This document shows, in pieces, positions 44,039 through 54,500 of a stretch of 64,000 nt of DNA. The position numbers and the translations under genes are program-made. This DNA is from an uncultured Schumannella sp. Lineage in GTDB: Bacteria > Actinomycetota > Actinomycetes > Actinomycetales > Microbacteriaceae. The notes under the pieces are model-generated. The model had not been told where the DNA came from. It saw nothing but the letters and a program-made list of their open reading frames with translations, and did not search any database. How positions within the stretch are numbered: position 1 is the first letter of the stretch; every line of letters starts with the position of its first letter. The DNA lies in the NCBI RefSeq assembly GCF_905479755.1, contig NZ_CAJQNT010000009.1, forward strand, positions 7,844 through 71,843, written 5' to 3'.

Positions 44039-45078
44039 CGGTCTACGAGACCGAAGTCGTGGTGGTCGGCGGCGGGCCGATCGGCCTCGCGAGCGCGATC
44101 GAGGCGCGCGAGGCCGGACTCGACGTGATCGTGGTCGAGCCCCGCGAGGGCGTCATCGACAAGGCGTGCGGGGAGGGCCTGATGCCGGGCGCCGTGCCGG
44201 CGCTGCACCGGCTGGGGGTCGCTCCGGCGGGCTTCGAGCTGCGCGGGGTCGCCTACCGCGACGGCCGGTCGTCGGCGGATCACCGCTTCGCCGGCGGGAC
44301 CGCGCTCGGGGTGCGGCGCACGACCCTGCACGCCGCGCTGCTGGAGCGCGCGGAGCAGGTCGGGGTGCGCCGCGTCGCCGCGCGCGTGCTCGACGTCGAG
44401 CAGGAGGGCGAGCACGTCACAGCGCTGACGACCGGGCCGCGGGTGCGCGGCGAGTGGATGCTCGCCTGCGACGGCCTGCACTCGCCCGTCGCGCGCCTTC
44501 TGGGACTGCACCGTCCGGCGCGGGAGCGCGGTCGACGCTTCGGACAGCGCCAGCACTTCGCGATCGAGCCGTGGAGCGACCTGATCGAGGTGCACTGGAC
44601 GAGCGACGCCGAGCTCTATGTCACCCCCACCGCCGATGGAGTGGTCGGGATCGCGGCGCTCACCCGCCGCGGCGTGCGGTTCGGCGAGGCGCTCGCCGCC
44701 TGCCCCGAGCTCGCCGCCCGCATCGCCCGCGCACCGCGTGCGACGCCGGTGATCGGCGCGGGCCCGTTCCGTCAGACGACTTCCGCGCGCACGCGCGGGC
44801 GGGTGCTGCTGGTCGGGGATGCCTCCGGCTATGTCGATGCCCTGACCGGGGAAGGGCTGCGCATCGGCTTCGCGCAGGCCGAGGCCGCTGTGCAGGCGGT
44901 GCGCCGCGGGGACGCGCACGACTACGAGCGGCGCTGGCGGCAGATCACCCGGGACTTCCGCTGGCTGACCCGGGCGACGGTCGCGCTCGCGAACTCCCCC
45001 GCGCGCTCCCGCGTGGTTCCGATCGCGCGCGCGGCGCCGCGACTGTTCGGCGCGGCGGTCGAGCGACTGGCCCGCTGA
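44035..45078 (+). CDS. FAD-dependent oxidoreductase/monooxygenase (geranylgeranyl-reductase-like)
   Basis: GTG 44035 overlaps the preceding TGA. VVVVGGGPIGLASAIEAREAGLDVIVVE (GxGxxG), DKACGEGL, LVGDASGYVDALTGEGL. Confidence 0.75.
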   Translation: MTVYETEVVVVGGGPIGLASAIEAREAGLDVIVVEPREGVIDKACGEGLMPGAVPALHRLGVAPAGFELRGVAYRDGRSSADHRFAGGTALGVRRTTLHAALLERAEQVGVRRVAARVLDVEQEGEHVTALTTGPRVRGEWMLACDGLHSPVARLLGLHRPARERGRRFGQRQHFAIEPWSDLIEVHWTSDAELYVTPTADGVVGIAALTRRGVRFGEALAACPELAARIARAPRATPVIGAGPFRQTTSARTRGRVLLVGDASGYVDALTGEGLRIGFAQAEAAVQAVRRGDAHDYERRWRQITRDFRWLTRATVALANSPARSRVVPIARAAPRLFGAAVERLAR

Positions 45079-45102
45079 CGCCGCCGTTCTCCGCTGCGCG
45101 AG

Positions 45103-45792
45103 CTACGCGGCGGCGGAGGCTTCGAGGCCGAGAAGCGCCGCCAGCTCGCGCGGAGTCTCGGCGACACCCACCGCGCCCGCCTGCTCGGCGGGCGAGCCGT
45201 AGCCCCAGGTCACGAAGAAGGTGGGGATGCCGCGCTCGTGGGCGCCCTCCACGTCGTGGTGGCGGTCGCCCACCATGATCGGGTTGCTGAGATCGGCGCC
45301 CGCCACGCGCAAGCGCCGCAGCGCCTCCAGCACCACGTCCTTCTTGGCGCTGCGTGACTCGTCCTCGCTCGCGCCGGTGAACTCGGTGAAGTACTGCGAG
45401 AGCTCGAAGTGGTCGAGGATCAGCCGGGCCGGCAGCTCGGGCTTGGAGGTGGCGAGCGAGAGCGGGATCCCGGCGTCGTGGATCGCGGCCAGGATCTCGC
45501 GCACTCCTGGGTAGACGACCGCGTCGAAGACGCCGGTCGAGACGTAGTGCTTGCGGTACACCTCGAGCGCGCGAGCGGATTCCGCCTCGTTCAGCCCCGC
45601 GAGGTCGCGGAAGGAGTCGAGGATCGGCGGGCCGACCCAGCGCAGCAGCTCAGCGGGGGTGGGAACCGGCATCCCCAGTGCCTCGTAGGTGTGCGCGAGG
45701 CTCGAGGTGATGCCCGGCGCGGAGTCCACGATCGTGCCGTCCAGATCGAACAGGATCGAGCTGAACGGCGGAGCGACGGATGCGGCGGACAC
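45103..45792 (-). CDS. HAD-IA family hydrolase (phosphoglycolate phosphatase-like)
   Basis: ILFDLDGTIVDS...LATSKP...MVGDRHHDVEGA. Confidence 0.8.
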   Translation of the reverse strand: MSAASVAPPFSSILFDLDGTIVDSAPGITSSLAHTYEALGMPVPTPAELLRWVGPPILDSFRDLAGLNEAESARALEVYRKHYVSTGVFDAVVYPGVREILAAIHDAGIPLSLATSKPELPARLILDHFELSQYFTEFTGASEDESRSAKKDVVLEALRRLRVAGADLSNPIMVGDRHHDVEGAHERGIPTFFVTWGYGSPAEQAGAVGVAETPRELAALLGLEASAAA

Positions 45793-45801
45793 CCGACCAG
45801 C

Positions 45802-47151
45802 CTAGGACGCGGCGCGTGCGGCGCCGGTCGTCATCCAGCGGTCCCCCCGCGCCCGAAGCCCCAGAGTGAGCGCGCGCGCCGCCAGATACACGAGCGACCA
45901 GGCGCCCTGCGCGAGCAGCACGGCGGCGAGTCCGCCCTCGGGCGGAAGCAGGGCCAGCAGCAGAGCGGGCAGGTAGACGACCACGTTGGCAAGGCCGGTG
46001 AGCGCCAGATAGCGGGCATCGCCCGCGCCGATCAGGATGCCGTCGAGCACGAACACGTAGCCGGCCAACGGGGCGGTCACCGCCAGCACGAGCAGCAGCC
46101 CGGGGAGCATCGCCAGCACCGCCGGGTCGGAGGTGAACACCCGCCCGGCGACGGGGGCGAGCGCCGCGAGGATCAGGCCGCTGCCGAGCCCGGCGAGCAC
46201 GGTGTGCTGGATCAGTCGGCGCACGACCGTGCGGACCCGGCCGTGGTCGCCCGCGCCGAGCGCGTGCCCGACCATCGCCTGCGCGGCGATCGCCTCCGCG
46301 TCGAGCACGAACGCGACGAGCGAGAGCACGGCCATCGAGACCTGCAGCGCCGCGAGCTCCTCGGTGCCGATCGCCGCGCCGACGACCGTGAAGGCGACCA
46401 TGCCGAGGCGCAGCGACGCGGTGCGCAGCAGCAGCCAGCCGCCCGCCGCGGCCGAGGCGCTCACCCCCGCGAGCCCCGGGCGGAGGGCGACGCCGTGCGG
46501 GCGTGCGGCACGCACCGACATCACGACATAGACGGCGGCCATGCCGTACTGGGCGACGACGGTGCCGGCGGCCGATCCCGCGATCCCCCAGCCCAGGCCG
46601 TAGATGAAGACGGCGTTGAGCGCCGCGTTGGCGGTGAAGCCGGCGATCGCGACGACGAGCGGGGTGCGGGTGTCCTTCAGGCCGCGCAGCAGCCCGGTCG
46701 CGGCGATCACGAGCAGCATCCCGGGCATCCCCCAGACGGCGATCGCCAGGTACTCGACCGCGGCGTCGGTCACCGCCGGGGCCGCACCGAAGGCGGCGGC
46801 GAGCGGGCGCGCGGTGAGGGCGCCGACCACGGCGAGAAGCGCACCCAGCGCCAGGGCGAGCCACATGCCGTCGATGCCCGCGCGGATCGCCCCCGCCCGG
46901 TCGCCCGCCCCGAGGCGCCGCGCCACCGTGGGGGTGGTCGCGTAGGCGAGGAAGATCAGCAGCCCGATCGCGGTCTGCAGGATCGTGCCGGCGATGCCGA
47001 GCCCCGCCAGCGACACGGCGCCGAGGTGCCCGACCAGCGCGGTGTCGGTGAGCAGGAACAGCGGCTCGGCGACGAGCGCGCCGAGCGCCGGAACGGCGAG
47101 GCGCAGGATCTCGCGATCGAGCGCGCGGCGTTCGGCTCGAGCGGTGGTCAC
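45802..47151 (-). CDS. MATE family efflux transporter
   Basis: REILRLAVPALGALVAEPLFLLTDTALVGHLG, with about 12 hydrophobic segments. Confidence 0.85.
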   Translation of the reverse strand: MTTARAERRALDREILRLAVPALGALVAEPLFLLTDTALVGHLGAVSLAGLGIAGTILQTAIGLLIFLAYATTPTVARRLGAGDRAGAIRAGIDGMWLALALGALLAVVGALTARPLAAAFGAAPAVTDAAVEYLAIAVWGMPGMLLVIAATGLLRGLKDTRTPLVVAIAGFTANAALNAVFIYGLGWGIAGSAAGTVVAQYGMAAVYVVMSVRAARPHGVALRPGLAGVSASAAAGGWLLLRTASLRLGMVAFTVVGAAIGTEELAALQVSMAVLSLVAFVLDAEAIAAQAMVGHALGAGDHGRVRTVVRRLIQHTVLAGLGSGLILAALAPVAGRVFTSDPAVLAMLPGLLLVLAVTAPLAGYVFVLDGILIGAGDARYLALTGLANVVVYLPALLLALLPPEGGLAAVLLAQGAWSLVYLAARALTLGLRARGDRWMTTGAARAAS

Positions 47152-47155
47152 GGCG

Positions 47156-47851
47156 TCAGAACAGCCGGGAGTGGCCGGTCTCGAGTCCGCGCATGGCGTC
47201 GTAGTCGAGCACCAGGCAGCGGATGCCCCGGTCCTCCGCGAGCGTGCGGGCCTGCGGCTTGATCTCCTGCGCCGCGAACACGCCCGCGACGGGTGCGAGC
47301 AAGGGGTCGCGGTTCATCAGCTCGAGGTAGCGGGTGAGCTGCTCGACCCCGTCGATGTCGCCGCGGCGCTTGATCTCGACGGCGACCGAGGCGCCGCTCG
47401 CATCCCGCGCCAGGATGTCGACCGGACCGATCGCGGTCATGTACTCGCGGCGCACCAGTTCGTGCCCCTCCCCCAGCAGGTCGATCTGCTCGGCGAGCAG
47501 GCGCTGCAGCTCGGCCTCGACGCCGTCCTTCTGCAGCCCCGGGTCGATGCCGAGCTCGTGCGAGGTGTCGTGCAGGATCTCGTGGATCGAGATCACGAGC
47601 AGGTCGGCGGTCTTCGCGTGGGTGACGCGCCAGAGCTCGACGACGCCGGCCGAGGCGCGCTCCTCGTCGACCTCATCGACGGTGAAGGTGCAGGGCGGGC
47701 TCATCCAGTTGAGAGGCTTGTAGCTGAGTGAATCCGAGTGCACGAGGACGCTGCCGTCGGCCTTCACCAGCAGCAGTCGCGTCGCGAGCGGCAGGTGCGC
47801 GCTCAGTCGCCCCGCGTAGTCGACGGAGCAGCGGGCAATGACAAGACGCAC
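47156..47851 (-). CDS. nucS: endonuclease NucS (EndoMS)
   Basis: [40 protein letters not shown]...[22 protein letters not shown]. Confidence 0.9.
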   Translation of the reverse strand: MRLVIARCSVDYAGRLSAHLPLATRLLLVKADGSVLVHSDSLSYKPLNWMSPPCTFTVDEVDEERASAGVVELWRVTHAKTADLLVISIHEILHDTSHELGIDPGLQKDGVEAELQRLLAEQIDLLGEGHELVRREYMTAIGPVDILARDASGASVAVEIKRRGDIDGVEQLTRYLELMNRDPLLAPVAGVFAAQEIKPQARTLAEDRGIRCLVLDYDAMRGLETGHSRLF

Positions 47852-47860
47852 GCGTTGATC

Positions 47861-49072
47861 CTACGAGGCGTCGACCGGCTCGGCGTCCGGCGTCGGCGTC
47901 TGCTCGCGCGCGGCGGGCGACATGACGGCGGAGAGCACGATGAGCGCGAGCACGATGAACAGCGCGTTGAGCAGACCGATCTGTTCACCCACGAATCCGA
48001 TCAGCGGGGGACCGACGAGGAAGGCGAAGTAGCCGACCGTCGCCACCGCGCTCACGCGGGCGGCGGCGGTGCGGGCGTCGTCGGCGGCCGCCGACATGCC
48101 CACCGGGAAGCCGAGCGAGGCCCCGAGCCCCCAGAGCACGATGCCGACGACGTAGAGCGCGGGGATCGGCACCAGGATGACGATCGCGAGCCCGACCGCC
48201 GCGGTCAATGCCGAGGCGCGCAGCACCGGCACCCGGCCGAAGCGGTCGAGGATCGGAACCCCGACGATGCGTCCGATCGTCATCGCGGCGGCGAAGACGC
48301 CGAACAGCAGCGCGCCCGTTCCGTTCTCCAGCTCGTGCGCATCGATCAACGCGAGCGCGAGCCAGTCGTTCGCGCTGCCCTCGGTGAAGGCCATGCCGAG
48401 CACGATCAGGCCGATCAGCAGGGTGCGCGGGTCGGTCCAGATCGCCATCCGCTCGCGGAAGTCGGGGCGGGGCTCCTGGCCCTCCTCCTCGGTGATGTGC
48501 GCGGGCAGCCAGCGCGGCACGATGACCGCGGCGACCGCCAGAAGAACGCCCATCAGCCCGAAGTGCACGAGCACGGGCACCCCGGCGAACGCCGCCGCCG
48601 AGCCGATGCCGGCCCCCGCGACGGTGCCCAGGCTCCAACTCGCGTGATACCAGGGCATGATGTTGCGGCGAAGCGCCCGCTCCGCGCCCGCGCCCTCGAC
48701 GTTCATCGCCACGTCGCACACCGCGCCGGCGAAGCCGGTGATCGCCATGCCGAGCAGCGCGAGCACGAAGTTCGAGAGCAGCGTCGTCGCGGCGCCCGTG
48801 AGGATCAGCCCGAGCCCGAAGGCGAGCAGCGTCAGACGGATCGTCTGCGCGCCGCCGATCGCGTGCACGAGATGCCCCGAGATGAGCAGACCGAGGATCG
48901 CCCCGGTCGAGATGGCGAACAGCAGAATGCCGACCTGGGAGACCGGGATGTCCAGCTGATCGCGCAGGGCCGGGATGCGGGAGATCCAGGCCGCCATGCC
49001 CAGACCGTTGACGGTGAAGGCGACGAAGACGGCGTTGCGCCAGGCCGTAACCGAAGGAGGAGCAGTGTTCAC
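47861..49072 (-). CDS. MFS transporter
   Basis: 403 aa with 12 hydrophobic segments. WRNAVFVAFTVNGLGMAAWISRIPALRD. Confidence 0.8.
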   Translation of the reverse strand: MNTAPPSVTAWRNAVFVAFTVNGLGMAAWISRIPALRDQLDIPVSQVGILLFAISTGAILGLLISGHLVHAIGGAQTIRLTLLAFGLGLILTGAATTLLSNFVLALLGMAITGFAGAVCDVAMNVEGAGAERALRRNIMPWYHASWSLGTVAGAGIGSAAAFAGVPVLVHFGLMGVLLAVAAVIVPRWLPAHITEEEGQEPRPDFRERMAIWTDPRTLLIGLIVLGMAFTEGSANDWLALALIDAHELENGTGALLFGVFAAAMTIGRIVGVPILDRFGRVPVLRASALTAAVGLAIVILVPIPALYVVGIVLWGLGASLGFPVGMSAAADDARTAAARVSAVATVGYFAFLVGPPLIGFVGEQIGLLNALFIVLALIVLSAVMSPAAREQTPTPDAEPVDAS

Positions 49073-49135
49073 CTCCTCACGCTATCCGGCGAGGGCGCGG
49101 CATTCGTGCACGGAGAAGAATCTAGGCTGACGGGT

Positions 49136-51106
49136 ATGACCGACGCACTGCTTCCTTCCGGCATCGAAATCGACGAACTCGATCCGGCGGTCCGCCCTCA
49201 GGACGACCTGTTCCGGCACGTGAACGGACGGTGGATCGATCGCACCGAGATCCCCGCCGACAAGGCGCGCTACGGCTCGTTCTACGTGCTCGCCGAAGAG
49301 GCCGAGCAGGCGGTGCGCGAGATCATCGAGGCCGCGCAGTCGGCCGCCCCGGGCACCGAGGAGCGCAAGATCGGCGACCTCTACGCCAGCTTCATGAACG
49401 AGCAGCGGATCGAGGAGCTGGGCTGGAGCCCGGTCGCCGAGGAGCTGGCGGCGGCCGCCTCCGCCACCGACCTGACGAGCTTCGCGCAGACGCTCGGGCG
49501 TCTGGAGCGTGCCGGAGTCGGCGGCTTCATCCAGGCCTTCGTCGACAACGACCCCGGGAATCCCGAGCGCTACCTGGTGTTCCTCGAGCAGGGCGGCCTC
49601 GGTCTTCCCGACGAGTCGTACTACCGCGAGGACAAGTTCACCGAGATCCGTGCCGCCTACCTCGCGCACCTCGAGCGCATGCTGGCGATGGCCGGGCTCG
49701 ACGACGCGGGCGTGCGCGCCGCGCGCATCCTGGAGCTGGAGACGGCGATCGCCTCCCACCACTGGGACAACGTGCGATCGCGCGACAGCCAGGCCACCTA
49801 CAACCTCACCGCCTGGAGCGAGGTGACCGCTCTCGCCGGCGCCGCCGCGTCGTTCGTCGACTCGTGGCTGGCCGCCCTCGATGTGCCCGCCGGGTCCTTC
49901 GACGAGGTCGTCGTGCGCCAGCCGAGCTTCGTCTCCGGTCTCGCCGAGCTGCTCGTCGAGGACCGGGTGCCCGCCTGGCGCGACTGGCTGAGCTGGCAGG
50001 TCATCCGCTCCGCCTCGCCCTACCTGCACCGCGAGGTCGTGAACGCCAACTTCGACTTCTACGGCAAGACGCTCACGGGTACGCCCGAGCTGCGCGCGCG
50101 CTGGAAGCGTGGGGTCGCCGTCACCGAGGGCGCGCTCGGCGAGGCGATCGGCCGCATCTACGTCGAGAAGCACTTCAGCCCGACGGCGAAAGCCGCGATG
50201 GACGACCTCGTCGCGCACCTGGTGGAGGCCTACCGTCAGAGCATCCGGAACCTCGACTGGATGACCGAGGAGACCCGGCAGCGCGCCCTCGACAAGCTCG
50301 AGAAGTTCACCCCAAAGATCGGCTTCCCGGTGAGGTGGCGCGATTACTCGACGCTGGCGATCGATGCCGACGACCTCGTCGCCAACGTCCGCGCCGCGTC
50401 GGAGTTCGAGTTCCAGCGCGAGCTCGGCAAGATCGGCAAGCCGCTGGACCGCGACGAGTGGTTCATGACGCCGCAGACGATCAACGCGTACTACAACCCC
50501 GGCTTCAACGAGATCGTGTTCCCGGCGGCCATTCTGCAGTTCCCCTTCTTCGACGAGAGCCGGGATGCGGCAGCCAACTACGGCGCGATCGGCGCCGTGA
50601 TCGGCCACGAGATCGGGCACGGCTTCGACGACCAGGGCTCGCGCTTCGACGGCGACGGCCGGCTGACCGACTGGTGGACCGCCGAGGACCGCGCGGCCTT
50701 CGACGAGCGCACCGCCAGTCTCATCGCCCAGTACGACGCCCTCGCGCCGAGCGGCATCCCCGACCATCACGTCAACGGTGCGCTGACGATCGGCGAGAAC
50801 ATCGGCGACCTCGGCGGGCTCGGGATCGCGTGGAAGGCGTACCAGCTGTCGCTCGACGGCGCCGAGCCTCCCGTCATCGAGGGGCTCACCGGCGCGCAGC
50901 GCTTCTTCCTCAGCTGGGCGCAGGCCTGGAGGTCGAAGTACCGCGACGAGGAGGCGATCCGACTGCTCGCCATCGACCCGCATTCGCCGAGCGAGTTCCG
51001 CTGCAACCAGATCGTCCGTAATATTGACGAGTTCTCTCGTGCGTTCGATCTCAGCGAGACGGACGCCCTCTGGCTCGACCCGAACGAACGTGTGACCATT
51101 TGGTAG
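49136..51106 (+). CDS. pepO: M13 family metallopeptidase (PepO/endothelin-converting-enzyme-like)
   Basis: Start ATG 49136 (MTDALLPSGIEIDELD...FRHVNGRWI). NAYYNP, the zinc motif VIGHEIGHGFD, and GENIGDLGG. The upstream part of track ORF 47738..51106 is antisense to the MFS gene and was rejected. Confidence 0.9.
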   Translation: MTDALLPSGIEIDELDPAVRPQDDLFRHVNGRWIDRTEIPADKARYGSFYVLAEEAEQAVREIIEAAQSAAPGTEERKIGDLYASFMNEQRIEELGWSPVAEELAAAASATDLTSFAQTLGRLERAGVGGFIQAFVDNDPGNPERYLVFLEQGGLGLPDESYYREDKFTEIRAAYLAHLERMLAMAGLDDAGVRAARILELETAIASHHWDNVRSRDSQATYNLTAWSEVTALAGAAASFVDSWLAALDVPAGSFDEVVVRQPSFVSGLAELLVEDRVPAWRDWLSWQVIRSASPYLHREVVNANFDFYGKTLTGTPELRARWKRGVAVTEGALGEAIGRIYVEKHFSPTAKAAMDDLVAHLVEAYRQSIRNLDWMTEETRQRALDKLEKFTPKIGFPVRWRDYSTLAIDADDLVANVRAASEFEFQRELGKIGKPLDRDEWFMTPQTINAYYNPGFNEIVFPAAILQFPFFDESRDAAANYGAIGAVIGHEIGHGFDDQGSRFDGDGRLTDWWTAEDRAAFDERTASLIAQYDALAPSGIPDHHVNGALTIGENIGDLGGLGIAWKAYQLSLDGAEPPVIEGLTGAQRFFLSWAQAWRSKYRDEEAIRLLAIDPHSPSEFRCNQIVRNIDEFSRAFDLSETDALWLDPNERVTIW

Positions 51107-52008
51107 AACTCGCGCCGTCGCCTGAGCGACGAGATCGCGTACGCGGGCCGCGTACGCCTCGTCATCGTGCGATCGAGCGAGTCGCGAACTTCTCGGCGAG
51201 CTTCACCGCGCTCGGCGAGATCGCGTACGACGGTGCCCAGGTCTCGGCGTCGGTGGTCGACCTCGACACGAACGAGTCGCTCGCCTCGATCGATGAACGC
51301 ATCGCGTTGCCGACCGCCAGCATCGGCAAGATCCTGCTGCTCGTCGAGTTGTCGGCGCGGATGAGCGAACGCGACGCGAGCGGGTTCGCCATCCTCGACA
51401 AGACCCCGAGCGACACCGTGGGCGAGAGCGGCGTCTGGCAGCACCTGCAGGCCCCCTCGCTTCCGGTGGCCGATCTCGCGACGCTCATCGGCGCCACCAG
51501 CGACAACCTGGCCACCAACGTGTTGTTGCGCCAAGTCGGGCTCGACTCGGTCCGCACCCGAACGGAGGGGCTGGGGCTGACCCGCACCGCACTGCTCGAC
51601 CTGGTGCGGGACCTGCGCGGCCCGGACGACGCCCCCCAGCTCTCGGTCGGCTCCACCGCGGAGCTCACCGAGCTCTTCGTCGCCCTCGCTCACGGGCGGG
51701 TCGTCGATCATGTGACCAGCAGTCGGGTCTTGGGGTGGTTGTCGCTGAACGCCGACCTCTCGATGGTCGCCGGGGCGTTCGGCCTCGATCCGCTCTCGCA
51801 CCGCACGCCGGATCATGGCCTCCAACTCGTCAACAAGACCGGGACGGATACCGGCGTGCGCGCCGAGGCGGGGGTGCTGCGCGGTCCACGGCACGCGGTC
51901 GCCTACGCCGTGACCGTGCACTTCACCGATGACGGGGCGGCGTCGCGGCTGCGAGCGCTCGACGCGATGCGCACGGTCGGGTTCGACCTGCTGGACTACG
52001 TGCACTAG
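51100..52008 (+). CDS. class A beta-lactamase-like serine hydrolase
   Basis: SxxK (ASIGK), SDN (TSDNLATN) and KTG (NKTGTD) motifs, in that order. The only in-frame start near the 5' end is TTG 51100, which overlaps the pepO stop, so the start is uncertain. Confidence 0.7.
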   Translation: MVELAPSPERRDRVRGPRTPRHRAIERVANFSASFTALGEIAYDGAQVSASVVDLDTNESLASIDERIALPTASIGKILLLVELSARMSERDASGFAILDKTPSDTVGESGVWQHLQAPSLPVADLATLIGATSDNLATNVLLRQVGLDSVRTRTEGLGLTRTALLDLVRDLRGPDDAPQLSVGSTAELTELFVALAHGRVVDHVTSSRVLGWLSLNADLSMVAGAFGLDPLSHRTPDHGLQLVNKTGTDTGVRAEAGVLRGPRHAVAYAVTVHFTDDGAASRLRALDAMRTVGFDLLDYVH

Positions 52009-52332
52009 GCGTGTCGTTTTGCGACAAATCTGTCTATCTGGTACGTCGCGATCCCTCTTGTTAGCGTGACGAGAGTACGTCGGATTGGTCATGTGCCAAC
52101 GGCACGTGGGCTCTCGTTCCCCCGGCGCGGGAAGGCACCAGCAATCTATGGGCATCGCTTAGACACTCTCTTCTGATCGACGAGGCCCGAACTCGAGTCC
52201 GTGCCTCGCCGCGACACGTTCCCCCGGTTCTGTCATACCGGTCCCCTCCTGCGACGAAAAACGTCGCCGTTCGGCGTTCCCCCGCGCCGCAAAACATGAG
52301 CGGCACGACGCCTCTCAGCTAAGGAATCCCCC

Positions 52333-54174
52333 ATGTTCAAGAAACTCCTTGCCGGGCTGAGTGTGATGGCACTCTCGCTCGGCATCGTCGCGCTGACGGC
52401 CGGTCCGGCCAGCGCATATGTCTCGCACGTCGACGCGTCGTGTACGGCGCTCAATGTCAACCTCTCGGGCTACAACGCCGACGCCGACAACCTGGTCACG
52501 GTCTACGTCGACGAGGTTGCGGTGGTCGATGGCGCTGCCTTCGGTGAGTCGTTCAGCTCAACCCACCCCTTCGCCGATACCGGCGCGTCCCACACCTATC
52601 GGGTGGTTGTCGTGGCCCACGACGGCGAAGCGGGAAGCTTCGACAGCGGAACGGTCACCGTGGATCCGTGTGTTCAGGAGGACCTGCAGAAACAGGAGCC
52701 AGAGCCGCAGAGCAGTTCCACGCCCGAAGTTCAAACGCTGGTCATCGACACGCCTCCGGTGGTCGACAAGGTCCGGATCTGCCACGCGACCGCGTCGCAG
52801 ACCAACCCGTACACGAACCCCGAGGTGTCGGTGCGGTCGATCATCAACCTGCCGAACGGTCACCACTACCACGAGGGTGACATCATTCCGCCCTTCTACT
52901 ACGAACTCGACGACGCGATCCTTCACTACGAAGGCAAGAACTGGACCGAGGGCAATGCGGCGATCTGGGCACAGGGCTGCGGAGCCGCGACGGTGACGCC
53001 GACGGCGCCGGAGTTCTTCGATGCCGAGTGCACCGATGAAGGCGAGATCGGGCTCGGTGGGTTCATCATCTTCGAAACCGAACTGGTGAAGTACCAGATG
53101 CGCTACAGCTCCTCCGAGGACTGGGTCGATGTGGGCCCCGGCACGCACGACGAGCCGGTGGACACACGCATCCAGATCCGGGCCGTCGGACTTGAGGGAG
53201 TCGAACTCGAAGGAGACACGTCCTGGCGCTATCGGGTGATGGGCCCGGATGAGCCGTGCGTCGTCGCCGACGCCCGCGCCAGCGTGGAGATCACGAATGC
53301 CACCTGCTACGAGCCCGGCTCCGCGATCTTCTACCTGCAAAACGCGACCCTCGTGCGCGAGCCCGACCTGTCGCCGGGCGTGCACGTGATCCGCGCGGTT
53401 GCCGATGAGGGTCACGTGTTCGGAAACGGTCGCACATTCAAGGTGCTCCGGTACTACGTTCCGGACGTGCTCCCCGATGATCAGTGCATCGTTCCGACTC
53501 CGCCCGAGTTCTTTGACGCGTACTGCGACGAGCAGGTGCGCGGGGGGATCGTCGATCCGTACTTCGTCGTCTCCTCGACGCAGGGTGTCTACCTGACCTG
53601 GAAGCTCAACGGAGTCGACCAGGGCGTCGTGCCGGATGAGGCCTACGGCGTTCAGATCCCGGTGGAGATCGGCGACACGGTCGTCATTAAGGCCCATGCG
53701 ATGGATGGCTACGCCTTGAAGGATGGCCGCGTCGTCCGGTGGGAGCACTACTTCGGTCTTGACGACCTGTGTACGTTCCCGACGGTGACGGTCGACGTCG
53801 ACTCGACGCAACCCACCTGTGACGCGGACGGATCACTCGAGTTCGAGACGGTGGACGGCGAGCTGTACCCCGGTGCGGTCGAGTGGACCGTTGATGGTCT
53901 GCCGGCGGCGGAAGGCAGCTACGACATCGCGGGGACGCGAACCGTGGTGCTGACCGCGACGGCGACGGAAGGATACGGATTCGCCGGTGAAGAGGGGTCG
54001 ACCCTGGAATGGGAGATCGCCTTCACCGACCCGAGGCCGTGCGACGACCTGCCGACGCTCGCGCTGACGGGAACTGATTCGTCGGTCCTCGGCGGGTTCG
54101 GGTTCGGCGGCGCGATGCTGCTCGCGGGAGGCCTCCTCGTCCTCGCGCGCCAGCGCCGGGCACTGCACCACTAA
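52333..54174 (+). CDS. LAXTG-anchored cell-wall surface protein, paralog 1
   Basis: Signal peptide MFKKLLAGLSVMALSLGIVALTAGPASA. C-terminal sorting signal LALTG (54058-54072), then a hydrophobic stretch and RQRR tail. Cys-bracketed repeat modules. Contains RICHATASQTNPYTNPEV...GHHYHEGDIIPPF. Confidence 0.8.
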   Translation: MFKKLLAGLSVMALSLGIVALTAGPASAYVSHVDASCTALNVNLSGYNADADNLVTVYVDEVAVVDGAAFGESFSSTHPFADTGASHTYRVVVVAHDGEAGSFDSGTVTVDPCVQEDLQKQEPEPQSSSTPEVQTLVIDTPPVVDKVRICHATASQTNPYTNPEVSVRSIINLPNGHHYHEGDIIPPFYYELDDAILHYEGKNWTEGNAAIWAQGCGAATVTPTAPEFFDAECTDEGEIGLGGFIIFETELVKYQMRYSSSEDWVDVGPGTHDEPVDTRIQIRAVGLEGVELEGDTSWRYRVMGPDEPCVVADARASVEITNATCYEPGSAIFYLQNATLVREPDLSPGVHVIRAVADEGHVFGNGRTFKVLRYYVPDVLPDDQCIVPTPPEFFDAYCDEQVRGGIVDPYFVVSSTQGVYLTWKLNGVDQGVVPDEAYGVQIPVEIGDTVVIKAHAMDGYALKDGRVVRWEHYFGLDDLCTFPTVTVDVDSTQPTCDADGSLEFETVDGELYPGAVEWTVDGLPAAEGSYDIAGTRTVVLTATATEGYGFAGEEGSTLEWEIAFTDPRPCDDLPTLALTGTDSSVLGGFGFGGAMLLAGGLLVLARQRRALHH

Positions 54175-54198
54175 CGCAAGGAACCACGCCCTCTGCGA

Positions 54199-54227
54199 CG
54201 CCCCCGCTCGCTCGTCGAGCGGGGGCG
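54199..54227 (+). terminator. 12-bp perfect GC hairpin after paralog 1
   Basis: CGCCCCCGCTCG-CTCGT-CGAGCGGGGGCG. No U-tract (I-shaped, common in actinobacteria). Confidence 0.6.
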
Positions 54228-54317
54228 CCACGGATGCGCGGGTGGCTCGGTCCCACCGCTGCGAGCTGAGACGCGGCGGAGCGGGGCCGCGCTGCGTTCG
54301 GCACTGTGGAGAACCCC

Positions 54318-54347
54318 TTGTCCTCCATTTTGCGGACATGATACGTT
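54318..54347 (+). promoter_or_regulatory. promoter-like TTGTCC-N17/18-TACGTT upstream of paralog 2
   Basis: Sequence pattern only. The same TTGTCCTCCA -35-like element recurs upstream of paralog 3. Confidence 0.3.
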
Positions 54348-54500
54348 GGCGAGGCTTCGTCGGTATCCCGATCAGGTGCCCACTCCCCCGTGTGGCTTCT
54401 GGTTTCCGCCGGAGCGACAAGGCCCCCCTTGTCCACGACCCCCCGTGATGCGGTTTGTCATGCCCGGGGTCGCGGATCCTCTCAGCAAGGAATCCCCCAC

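Noticed and set aside
52009-52332. C-rich motifs in the surface-protein leaders as copies of the actinobacterial 6C RNA
   Set aside because: The CCCCC runs are not placed in the loops of two adjacent hairpins, as 6C RNA requires. In this GC background they are weak evidence.
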